From the NCBI GenBank assembly GCA_009103225.1, contig RHPI01003011.1, forward strand, positions 41,055 through 66,290: a stretch of DNA of 25,236 nucleotides, written 5' to 3'. Origin of the DNA: Chlorokybus atmophyticus. Lineage: Eukaryota; Plantae; Mesostigma and Chlorokybus algae. The position numbers and the translations under genes were made by a program. Every line of letters starts with the position of its first letter. Position 1 is the first letter of the stretch. Positions 10,906 through 22,500 of this stretch are shown here, in pieces. Under the pieces are notes generated by a model. It saw only the letters and a program-made list of their open reading frames with translations, made no database searches and was not told the origin of the DNA.

Positions 10906-12140
10906 GGTACACACAATAGGGTTGCCATGAGAACTCTGTGTCTCATGTAAAACGGTAAGTGTTTCGCGTAAGAGGTGATACTGCGCTTGGTAGGCTGGTT
11001 CGAAAGCAATGACAATCTAGTCTATTTCATAGGCATCTCCTAGTATGTATAGATGTATGTAACATATATTTGTATCATGTGTTTGAGCTCTTTTGTTGCC
11101 GTTTTCAACCGGTCGTGTGCACCAAACATTTTCCACAATCGATCATCTTATCGCCGGCCACAACGTGACAGGCCGAGAAAAGCAATTCTACAAGTCGGGT
11201 TGAAAGCGGCAGTAATGCGCGAATGCAACCTGCACATGTAATCTTAACTTCATGTCGCTTATTACCGCAGATTGTTTCTTCAAGTATTGAAGCCAGGGTT
11301 GCTGGCCATGTTTGCATGCAAACCATAGCTATGCTGCGTGTGAAATCAAAAGGCAATCGCACCTCTATGTTTATGTGGGGAGCATGATGTTGGGCTGCGT
11401 GGGGTCGTGTGCTGAACTTTCTCGAACATCATCAACAGGATTGCGTCGCAAATTTTACACAGTGACTGACAAGGGACTGAGGGACTGACGGGTGCCTGAC
11501 CCTACCTGATGTAACGGATTGGTCCATAAAGGGACTTTTAAGGACGGCCGTTACTATCAAGCAACATATACCGACGGCAAGCGGTCGACCGATAAGTACA
11601 ATCGACGGCGGCCTGCCTGTGACGGCAACACCGCACTTTAAGGTGACGGCCGATCGTCGGTCGTCCCATTTGCGCGATGGCGACCTATCTGTATAGCAGA
11701 TAAGTCACGTTTTAGTCACATACAGTGACGGCCGACCGTCGGTCGTACCCTGACCGCCAAAAAGTATGCGCGACGGCCTGCCTACTTTGGCAAGCAAGTC
11801 ATCGTTAGTCCTTATGAGGTGACCTTACCGCGTTTGTTAAGTGACGGCCGATCGCCGGTCGTGCACTGAACGCGGCGGCGACGTACTTATTGTGTGTCAA
11901 GTATGATAAGCAAATGACCGCCGGTCCCTAAAGGTCGGCAAGTCGGGACGGTGGTACCGGCCGGCAAGTCGAAACGCTGGTACAATGTAGCCGCCGTATT
12001 ATAACAATGGTACGAACAGTGCCATTGTCGCAATGGCACTGTCGTACCATACCAATGGTACGACAGTGCCATTGCGACAATGGTACTTTCGTACCATTAT
12101 AATTATACGATAATGCCGTTGCGAGTTACGTATCAACAAC

Positions 12141-12179
12141 GCGTTTGAATAACTTGGGCTGCCCAAGTTATTCAAACGC
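12141..12179. repeat. Perfect inverted repeat, 19-bp arms, 1-nt spacer
   Basis: GCGTTTGAATAACTTGGGC-T-GCCCAAGTTATTCAAACGC. Confidence 0.95.
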
Positions 12180-12460
12180 TTAACAGCTTCAAATTGAACA
12201 GAGCGTTGTGGGCGGCGGTGGTGGCGGCGGCGGCGGCGGCAACGGCTAACAGTAGGTGAGCTTGGTTGCTGTCTGACGTTGTACTACGCGCAACATCGCG
12301 TGCCATCTAACCACCCTCCTTGCCTTAGGGCGGCTAGGCTAGGCCAGGCTAGGCCAGACCAGGCCAGGCGGCGGCAGCGGCGGCAGAGAAGGAACGGCGG
12401 CGGCGGAGCTGAAGCGGGCGGTGCACGAGCCGCAGCTCAGAACAAGATAAGTACTAGCAG

Positions 12461-12540
12461 TAGTACCTAAAGTGGTAGTAGCAGTAGTGGTAGTGGTAGC
12501 AGTAGTGGTAGTCTAGTTGTACTAGCAGTAGTAGTTGTAG
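12461..12540. repeat. Degenerate GTAGTG/GTAGCA simple repeat
   Basis: GTAGTAGCAGTAGTGGTAGTGGTAGCAGTAGTGGTAG... Confidence 0.8.
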
Positions 12541-14886
12541 CTCAGTATATTACATTGTACTTCTTTATTTTTTTGTTTTTTGTTTATTTGTCACGCATTC
12601 TCGCACAGCTGATGACGACAATCACTTGTGACACCTAATCATGACTGAGCGGTACCAGCAAGTACCTTTGAAGGTACACATCATTAACGGTAGGTACTTT
12701 AAGGTACCTGACAATTTCGCTCAGTTAGCGTATGGTCGCCGGTACCTAACCGATAGGCACCGGTCGGTTATCTGTTAGTTAGGTCAGGTCCCCTTTGCTT
12801 AACTGTTGAGTACCTGACAGGTACCTATTAATTAGGGTCAGTCCCTTTATGTAGACGGCCGCCAACTAATGGTGACGGCCGTTATGCTCAGGTCCCTGTA
12901 TCGAGATCGCCGGTAGACTGAAGGTCGACAGTCTAAATAAGTATCCTCAGGTGCACGGCCGTTGCCAATACTCAGTCGGCTGGCATGGGGAAACTAAGCA
13001 CGCACGGTGCTGAGGTTGGGAAAGCAATGCAGAAGTGTCTTTCTTGCTGCTGTATACATGGGTGACGGTAAAAGCGTACCCCCCTGATGGAAGTGTGCAG
13101 TGGCAAGGGGCTAACTCCGATGCTAAGGATGAGGTAGAATGTGGGGAGTCGTGATATTGGTTATGGATAGCCGAAGTCAACAAGCCAGTAATGGAGGTAG
13201 TGCCGTGACTATAGAACCTTGCGTGAGTGAAAGTGTGTCTATCATCTGCTACGTGAGGTGAATGAGTGCAGCAACTAAGTGATGCCACATTTGGACAATA
13301 ATTGTTCACACCGTGCCTGTAACAAAGTTGGTAGTACACTTGCTTTTAAGCTGAATTTCTAGCCCTTTTACCCCCAAACAGCCCTGTTTAACAGGCCTGA
13401 CGCGTTGTGCTTATATAAAGTCCCGAGTCGCCGGGTTATTTTTACATCGAGGGCGCGCGTTTAAAAGGTCACGCGAGCGTTATGCGCTGACATTTGACCA
13501 CCGTTGACAGTTTCTATGCGCCGACGCAGTTTAAATAGCTAATTCACGTGTTTTTGAGCATGTGTTCGCGGTGGAGTCAACATAGTTGACTTCTACAATG
13601 ATAGTGTAACCTCTTTGGTATATAAGTAGCTAGTATACTGCTATTAGGGAGGTTGGACCAAGTAGAAATTAAGTTATTGCTCTTGTTGTGGACGGTGTGT
13701 GCGTGCTTGTGTAGTTTGCATCCACGGTGCGTGTGTGCGCGTGGGTGTGCTTTTGCTACAGCTCTTGCACGGACCGGACTGCCCCACAAGCTTTGAGGCG
13801 CCTACATTGCGCTCAAGGTGTTCAACCCCACGGTGCGAATACTGTTGTTGATTGATTGCGAGTAGGTGCACGTGTGATAGCGCCATTAGTGTGCTCAGTT
13901 GCATCCTAGCTCGTTCATCAGGCTGGTAGCTCTGGTGGGGTGTTCAATCAGCACGAGCATCGTTACAGTGCCCAACATGCAACCAGGATCACACACAGTG
14001 ACAAGCAATGCGAACGCTGCACTCTCTCACGGGTACGAATGCTTCTTGGCAACCGGGACGGCTTGCTGAGTGCAGTTGCACCTCTTCACAACTTGCAGAC
14101 ACCCAGTCTTGTACGACACAACACTCGCAGCATGCAATAGCAGGCTTCAAGCTTAATAATTCAAGGCTTTTACAATTTCTCAAGTCTACTTTTACGTACA
14201 CATACGGACTCACAATCACACTAAGTATGCAAGTAAGCAGCTTGCCTACTTATACCTTTGTAAAAACGCATGAGAGTCATTGGCAAGCTTGATCGGTCTT
14301 ATCAAGTCTATTTATTAGCCGTTCATTACTGAAATGTCAAGTGCAAACGGGCAGAAAGCGAGTTGACCACGGGCAGCGAGGCAGACTCACAACGGGTGAG
14401 CTAGGACTGAGGGACCTCCTAGTCGGAAGTTCCAAGATCTCAGCTGAAACGCGGGGTTGAGAAGTCATGACTTCCAACGGATGGCTAGGAAGTCGGGTGA
14501 TAGGGTCGGAATCCCATCGTATCAGCTACGCGAGGTCCCTACGAGAATTGTCTCGGAACTGGCCAATGGTGGAGAAGGACCGATGCTAGTATTGCGAGAG
14601 ATTGGAATTGGTTGAAGGGAATTATGATGCCTGTAGCCCGGTGTGCAGGCTTGATTTAGGCATACACGAGGAGGATGAGCTCTGGACGGTTAGCATGATA
14701 ATGACCTACTTGGCTGCACCAACACTGTTGCTTGCTTCCAAAGGGCTAAGGCAACAAAGCTGCGCATGCAGTTTTTATAATGCACATGTGTGCACGGGTG
14801 CGTTTACTTAGTTACTGCAAGGGCTGAGCACGCATAGCTGACAAATGAGTCGTAAACTCCCAAGCTTGCATATACAGTCTAACCTT

Positions 14887-15020
14887 GATAAGTGCATACC
14901 ATCAGAAACGCCTCTTTCTATGCACTTATCGCGGATATGCACTTGCACTGCCTTATACTACTAGTAGAGTGCATTGGTGTCGGGCAAAACCATGCACTTA
15001 TCGCGGATGTGCACTTATCG
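14887..15020. repeat. TGCACTTATC motif cluster
   Basis: 25-nt direct repeat ATGCACTTATCGCGGAT(A/G)TGCACTT at 14920 and 14992, with an inverted GATAAGTGCAT at 14887. Confidence 0.8.
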
Positions 15021-15371
15021 AGGTTGAACGTGTAGCCAACAAACCGCACGCAAACACAACAACATGTGCGAAAAAGATTATGTGGGGGTTTAAGGTAAAG
15101 CTAGTCAACTACCACTAACTCAGACGCTAGACCCTCTAGTAGCACAAACTGTACAGTTACACGTACGTAGGCCGTTCAGTACGTCATGTGCAAAATATAT
15201 GCAAAATCGTGCTACACAGTCAGCAAGCACACCGAACACACAGCAGCAGCAGACAGCAGCACGGCTTCCAATCAATTCACCAAGGTCTGGGCATTAGGCA
15301 AAGCTATGTGCATGTTGCTATGTGCAATGTGAGGCGGTTGGGCAACGTGCACGACCGCCTTACGTTGCAAC

Positions 15372-15400
15372 CCCGTGTCTTGTTCGGAACAAGACACGGG
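15372..15400. repeat. Perfect inverted repeat, 14-bp arms, 1-nt spacer
   Basis: CCCGTGTCTTGTTC-G-GAACAAGACACGGG. Confidence 0.95.
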
Positions 15401-16250
15401 ATAGCAAGGTAGCCAACCGACCAAAGCACACAGGCTACATTTTCCGTGCTCAGCCTCAGTCACTGCCAGTGTACGCGGCGCAACATTGCGGTTTTGCCAA
15501 TGACGGTTTCGCCAGTGGTTGCGCCAAGTTGCACCAGAGGCCCCCGATTCTGATGATTGGCGAAACCCCACCTTCCTCGTCAAAACCGCACTTTAAATAG
15601 CAATTGTCAGCAGTAATTTCAAGCACATCAACATGTATAACATGTTTATGTGCGTGGGCGTTCGTACACGTAGACATACCGACGCAATACAACAGAATAT
15701 AATATATGTGAATATATCCACTTAACACCAATCAACGGTACGCGCGCGCGGAGTGGGGGGTAAATAACATAAGTAACTGTATGTAATATTGTGCTCATAC
15801 TCTTCAGTAATAATTTAATATAGCTATCATATACCCCTACTTTAACCTCATGATGTATAACCGTAGTAAAATGTGAGGTTAAAATTGCTCTAAAAGGACT
15901 GCATTGTGCAAATGACGTGCAAGCTGCTAGCTGCAACTGCTATGAGAGTGAAACATTGTAGAAAGTTTCGCGAGGTTTCCAACTTTCGCCACATGCACCA
16001 AGAGCACTGCACCAATCGCCAGAGCCCTTAGGGTTGCACCGCGTATGCTGGTCACTGCCCTATGCATGCACACCTATGTACAACCTGCATCACACCCCCA
16101 CATCTCTCCGCACATCACACAGCGCACATTCCTTCTCAGCACGCCTCTCAATCACACCGTGTGTGACCCACCGTCGACAGCGCTGGGTCTGCCTCCGTCG
16201 CTGGTGGTCCAATTGCAGGAGAGACGGGACCCTCGGACAGCAACATCGCG

Positions 16251-17980
16251 CTAAGGTGTAGAGCCACCACCACCACCACCACCTGCAGAGCGCATCCACA
16301 TCTCCTTGATGATGGAGAAGCGCGCAACAGCAAGAGCGCTGAAGGCCAGACTGATGCCCAGCCCAAGTGCAAAAAACACATCGATGGCGATCGTAGCCCC
16401 CCTGCTGGGCTGGAGAAAGAGCAGCATGCCCATGAAGACCAAGTAGCAGGCGGCAGCGTGCGCCAAACCACTCAGTCGTTCGGTGATCTGTCTGGCGTAC
16501 GGCCGCCTGTGCCAGTGCAAGGCTGTGGCAACGTTTACGATGCCAAAGGCGATGGCGTTTTGGGCCTGCCCACCAGCATTCACCAACACCACGGAGTTGA
16601 CTACGAGCACAAGCTTCAGAGCGTACATCACGCCGTCCCACAGATAGGCGCTCGGCTTGTACATCATGTAGTAAAAGCCCCAGCAGCGCATCGTCTGAGG
16701 CTGGTCGAGCTTGTGACGGTTGGAACTCAACACCCAGCAGACGTGCCCAGGGAGTAGCACCATGGAAAGAAGCAACCCGGGAATGCCAATCGCCAGCGCA
16801 TACGTCAAATGCGCGCCCTGGAAGCACTTCACGCTCATGTCTTGCTGCCAGTGTAAGCCCAGCACCTGAGAGACAAGATCAAAACCGTGTTGCATAGCAC
16901 AGTATACACGTCATACATGGCAGCTGTGGCAACACCCTGCAAGTGATTGATTTCAAACCACACTCACGCTCTAGTTGCAGACGTGCGAACGTGACAGGGA
17001 AACAGCAGCAACATGCACCTGATCTGGATTGTAGAAGGGATCGTTGGGTGGGAGAGCGCCAGGGTCTACGTATCGGCAGCTGAAAAGCGCAAACAGATTT
17101 GCAATGGTGGTGGGCCAGAGGAAGAACTCCACGCACAATATGCTCGGCACAATACGTTGCCAGAAGGTTGAGCTGTACGAAGGTGCCATCGAGTTGACAC
17201 GCGTGACCTTGTGTTGCCGTCGTTCCGACCACCAATGCAGTGTGCTCCAGAACAGCACAGGAGGCAGTATCGCAGCCACAGGCAGCACAGCGTAGATGAT
17301 TGTCGTTGTGTAAGCCTTGCTGGAGCTTCCAGCCGACATGAAACAGTCCAGAGGCAGCAGCTGGCTCTGAGCAAGAAAGACCGTCGCAAGCGCTTCCGTC
17401 ATGTAGTCGATTGGCGCAGGCCACTCCTGCTGGATGACAAAGGCGAGTGCCACCGACTGAAGGAAATGAATTGCGAGCTTCAATCGCGAGGGGCCGTTGA
17501 GGAGCTGCCCCGTGCTCGCGCTCGTCATCATCGGCACCACCGTCAGCGCGATGAGAGCCGCGACTAGCGCCACCTCGACCACTATCCAGACCAACATGTA
17601 CACGGCTTTCGCTGCGGTGGACGGGCATTTGCGGCATTGGGTCTTGCCAACGAGCCGCGTCATGCCGTACCCTTGGACACAAACGGCGCAAAGGTTGCCG
17701 GTGTAACCCTCGGCGCACAGCTGCGCACGGTAGTCCACCGCGCTCACCGAGTCGTTACCCGCCCCGAGAGCCTCCAGACGACTCGTGCGGTTGGTGTAGG
17801 TGCACGCCTTGGCGTTCGGACACTGGATGATGTCGGCAGAGTAGAAGCTCGAGCGCCAGAACCCATCCTCCGGCACCACCACAGCACCACCGAAGCAGGT
17901 GGCATGTTCTGGGCAAAGCGTGCATGGCATGGACGTGTCCCAGCTGAAGGTGGGAGCGGAGCACAGCGTGCAGCTGCCGT
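16251..17980 (-). other. Gene B Cys-rich region plus multi-pass transmembrane domain
   Basis: ORFs 16971-17996 and 16251-16895; motifs collinear with gene A. Confidence 0.8.
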
Positions 17981-19547
17981 CTGTGCAAGGGGGCAAGGAG
18001 CAGGTGAGTGAGTGAGTGAGTGCATGCTAAGCTTGATGCACATGCAGGCACAAGTGCACACATGCTTGTCTGTATGCACTTGATGCCTTGCATGGCGAAC
18101 TCGGCACCTGCAGAGGCAACTTCTCCCTGTGCGCAAGTGCGGATGCCAACCAAGAGCGGAACACCTTGCACAGGCAGCTGTGCTCTATTGGCCGACAGCT
18201 CGAGCACTTTGAGACCTGCTTAACACCAACGTGAGCTTCACAGATTGGAAACATAACTGAATAAGCGCTACCTGTTACCATCTGCTGTTACCCGGAGTGC
18301 CGTTGACATTGAGGTTGGTAAGCCTTGCAGATCCTCCATACAATGCTGTCGTGAGATCTCCCAACAGATTGCAACTGCCGTTCAGAACCTGACCAACAAA
18401 GAGTCAGACACCAGTGTCATGAGGTGCGTGCTCACCCTACTCTCAGAGCATTCCCCACCTCCGCGCTAATGACTGTGCCGTCGTATTGAGTCGAGTATAT
18501 ACTCTGATCGAATTGATCGACAAGGTAGACGCTGACATTGCTTAGGGGCTGCTGGCTGGTGTGCGACAGGAAGCTCGTGACCGTCGCCCGCAGCGCGACC
18601 GGTGCAGAGGCGAGCACGTCGCCGTAACCGTCGACGGCGCGGTTGCCAACCCAGTCAGGGCACCCAGCTGAGGTGTTCATGTTCAACCGCCTTCCATCCT
18701 AACATAACAATGGAAAGCAGCATCATGCCATGCTGGGCGTGACGACTTGCAGTGTATCCTAGGGGCTTACAGAGCAGAAGATGTCGGGCACGGCATTGCA
18801 GAACCCGGCAGCTGCGCCACCGTTGTCGCTGGCGTTGTTGTTGCCAGGGAGGGTGGCGTTGAAGCAGGTGATGTAGAGTGCGCCTCCATTGCTGGCAATG
18901 TTACTCGCCAGGGTTGCGTTGTAGAAGCTCACGTTGGCTGCGCGTTCACACAGGGACGCGTCGACAGCCACTGCACCACCCTGACCGGCAGAGTTGCTTG
19001 TGAAGGTAGAGTCCTGCACAGCAACGGCACTTGGTGGGTGGGTGGGTGGGTGGGTGCATAGTGTGACCTGCTCCATGCACGCGCGCATGCACAGTGATGC
19101 TGTGACCTGCGACTACAGGTCTGTGCATGTGCGCGCATGCACCAAGCACAAACCACCTCAACGCACGCACCTTTACAACCGTGTGCGTCGGCCAGCGGTG
19201 ACAGCCAATGCTTTGCACTTCAATGCTCCCGATGAAAAGCCCACCTCCAAACTGCGTGAAAAGCAGTACATATCACTGATGAATATTTACTGAGGGCGTC
19301 GCATAACGACCTCAAGCACCTTGGCGCATCTGTTGAAGTGGAAAGACATACCGATGCACTATTATTGATGAACGTGGACCCAATTATTGTCGTATTTCCA
19401 AGGTCGTTCTGAATGGCCCCTCCTGTACATGAACGTCCATCTTGCTGTACTTGGAAAGCAGAAGGAGAACACAACTATCAGTCCTTTGCACACTGCGTGA
19501 CACCCACTGCATGTGCCCGTTGTGTGTGCTTTGACAACAAGGCCGGT

Positions 19548-19579
<32 letters not shown>

Positions 19580-22500
19580 CAGTCAGCAAGCAAGAGCCCT
19601 GCATGGGTGGCAGAATGTCGCATTGGCTGATTACCGTGCAGGAGTTGTTGCGGAAAGTACACTGGGTAACGTTCAGCATGCTGTCGGCTATGTAACGTAC
19701 TCCTGCGATTGTTGTCCCCTGAGCCTGCAAGCACAAAGGCTCTCAGCCGCAGCCGCAGTGTCAAATCAAGCAGCAACATGATGCTGCACATACGTAATGC
19801 TCCAGCGCAGTGTTGCAGATTGCGCCACCATCCTGCGAGGGGTCAACACACAATCCAAAAAGGGTGAGCTCTGTCAAGCCACAAAGACATCTCAACCCAT
19901 GGTATGCTGTACTTAAGGGTTTCGCGCTCGCGCTTACCGCAGCTTGATTGCTGACGAACGTCGATGCAGTTATGAGAAGTCTGTGTGCCGATTCCACTGC
20001 TCCGCCACTGAACTGCAAGTAGGCATATCATCAGGAAGTAAGTAAGTACAGCGCGCAGATGACATGAGGGAAAAGCAGCCCAAAATAGACCCGCTTGCTC
20101 TCTCCTTACTTGCGCAGCATTCCCAATAAAGTTGCATGATGTCAGAGTGGGTGGTGTCGTTTCCGTGTCGACCCCATCCCTCGACCACGACCCAACATGG
20201 ATGGCACCAGAATTTCCCTACACCACAACTGTTGTGGGCGGCGCTGCGATACATGACGATGCATGGTGACGCTCAACCGCAACAGGTTGGCAAAGGCAAT
20301 GGTGCAAGCCACCACTGGGCCGGATCATGCCTGCGTATGCCAGAGACAACGAACTGCGACACCTCTGCCCACAGTTGACTTACTCCAGAGAAGTTCCGCG
20401 TAAAGTTGCAGCGGGTTGCTGCGAAGGAACAGAACTTCAACAAGATGGCGCCTCCATCCTCACTCGTCGCAGAGTTGCCCTCGAATAGTGACTCCTCCAC
20501 ATGAAGCTTTCCCCCGTTATTGCAGGCCATAGCACCTCCACTCTGACAGTGCACACAGAAGCATGAGCACGCTCACAGCACTGCATGTTTACATTGGGCA
20601 TAGCATGCCAAGGTGAGAAGTCTTCAAGACACATATGCCAAGCTATGTGCTTCAACACTAAAGCACATGACAAAGCCTCATGGCCAAAACGTTGTGGTGT
20701 AGTGTCAACCCATGTGCGACTCACTTGAGCCGAGTTGCTCTTGAATATCGAATTGAACACCTTTGCTTCCCCGGAATCACTCACAGCCAGTGCTCCAAGC
20801 TGCAAGTGACATTGCGCATAGCAACACACAACGCACAAAACGTTGGTCACCTGAGTCACTTGCAGAGTGCAGCGCGCCACGCCAGCCATGCACCCACCCG
20901 TGTAGCATAGATAGGTTGCTTCAATGCTTACCCTGCTGCGGCTGTTGACGATGGTGCTGTTGCTCATGTTGAGGAAGCCTACAATATACAGAGTTCCACC
21001 AAGGGTGCCAAGATTGTGGTCGAAATGACAGTCCACTACGGTGAGGACACTGCTGCTTGTGGACACCCAAGCAGCTCCACCATTCTGCGACGCAGGTGCA
21101 ACACAATCTCTACAACATGGAGGTGCAGCACACACATCACACGCACGCACACAGGCAACAATAACAAACAAACCGACATGCACTGGGAATGAACTTACAG
21201 TGGCGCTGCCGTTAACGAAGTTACAGTCTTCCAACGACACCACACACGGATACCCATCCGCAGGAGTGAGAGAAACAGCGGCACCGGCATACGCAGCACC
21301 ACCCGTAAAGTTGCAGCTCCGTATGCTCAGATCAGCGCCCTCATTGGCAGATATCGCGCCCCCACCTAGCTTGGTGTATATTTCATCAACCTGCGCACCA
21401 CCCACGAACGACGTTGTTGTCTTGACTTGACTTTGACTACTGTACTCAGCAGGCAATCAATTTGCTGAGATGCTGCCGCTGATAGCCATCCCTGGTGCGT
21501 ACCACGCCATCAGCTGCGTTGTCCTCAAAAGTGCAGTTTGTTATCGAGCCTTTCCCGCCAGAAAGCACGTAAGAGCTCACGGCACCACCCGCGTGCCCCG
21601 CAGAGTTGTTTGCAAATTGGCAGTTCCTCAGAGTCAGCCAGCCGTCACCATGCGCGATCGCACCGCCTTCAGCCTGCGTGCATCGTGCCAACATACACAC
21701 AGCGTCTTCAGCGCAACCACAGTGGCGTTGTTCTTTCTTCTCGAAAGTACACGATTGCACTCACGCTTGCGCGGTTATGCTCAAATCGGCAGTCGTCACA
21801 GGTGACATTGCTGTAGGCCATTATAGCTCCTCCAAGCTGCGTGAGTAAAAGCTGCAGTCAGCCTCAGGAGGGATGTCACATCACAGGGATGACACATGCG
21901 TAGGCACTGCATTGCGTGCGTGCTTTGTCCGCAGAGCACATCATCATCGCGCTTGGTCTGCGAGTGCAAGGATGCGGCCAGCTGGTCATTGGGTGCTATC
22001 AGATTACTATAGCGGTGCCGGATGTGAAGTTGCAGCCCTTTGCTACCAGCGCGCCGCTCCCCGGCGCATGCAGCGCCGCACTGAAGAAGCCAAAGTTGAG
22101 GTCGAAAGTGCAGTTCTCCGCGTGGATATCCCCGCTATAATCCACCGCAGCGCCATTATTAGCATAGTTGTTGACGAAATTGGTTGAAAGCAATGTTAGC
22201 GCTCCCAAACTCCAGATGGCACTTCCCAGCTGAACCGCAGCATTGTGAATAAAAGCGCAGTCCTGCACGAGCGCGCTCTCTCCCCCGTGCCATAGCGCGC
22301 CACCATTAACCTGCAAGCAAGGAAAGGCTTCAATTGCTATGCTTACATGTCCACGTGATCAACCATGAGTACGGGGCCAACCATGTGTGACTATTGTGTC
22401 GTGTTAACGCAAGCTGGTCAATGCAACCAGCTGTGCAGATTGCTGAGCAGAGTCAACTTCTATGTCTTGGTTTGACTAGACATGCCATGCCATGCCACGA

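Larger units (their letters stand above)
11464..12980. repeat. Palindrome- and motif-array island, probably degenerate or nested non-autonomous transposons
   Basis: AGGGACT/AGTCCCT motifs inverted between the ends; ~11 ACGGC cores; 22-nt repeat x3 (11643, 11725, 11841); nested palindrome 11995-12109; perfect palindrome 12141-12179; GGTAC/GTACC hairpins 12650-12830. Confidence 0.65.

Noticed and set aside
10946-10950. TGTAA as a green-algal polyadenylation signal and taxonomic clue
   Set aside because: A 5-mer is expected by chance, and no counterpart lies near the gene B stop; species assignment is not supportable.
11458-11464. CACAGTG Transib/RSS heptamer as an element end
   Set aside because: No matching CACTGTG at the other end of the island and no TSD.
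11643-11862. CRISPR-like array (palindromic repeats with spacers)
   Set aside because: Only 3 repeats, unequal 60/94-nt spacers, no cas genes, and the context is a eukaryotic chromosome.
13750-14140. Decayed third paralog (acceptor-like GCTACAG/CATCAG, SSGGVFN peptide)
   Set aside because: No sustained frame and no FxxN or Cys motifs; similarity too weak without a tBLASTn hit.
14480-14520. tRNA or tRNA-derived SINE (GGTCGGAATCCC, B-box-like)
   Set aside because: B-box mismatched, spacing too short, no cloverleaf.
14335-14724. Solo LTR (TGT...ACA, ~390 bp)
   Set aside because: No target-site duplication (TGAAA vs CTGTT), no second copy, and no PBS/PPT or coding remnant.
15545-15590. Hammerhead ribozyme core (CTGATGA...GAAAC...GTC)
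   Set aside because: Only 5 nt lie between CTGATGA and GAAAC with no G-C closing pair for stem II, and stem I does not pair.
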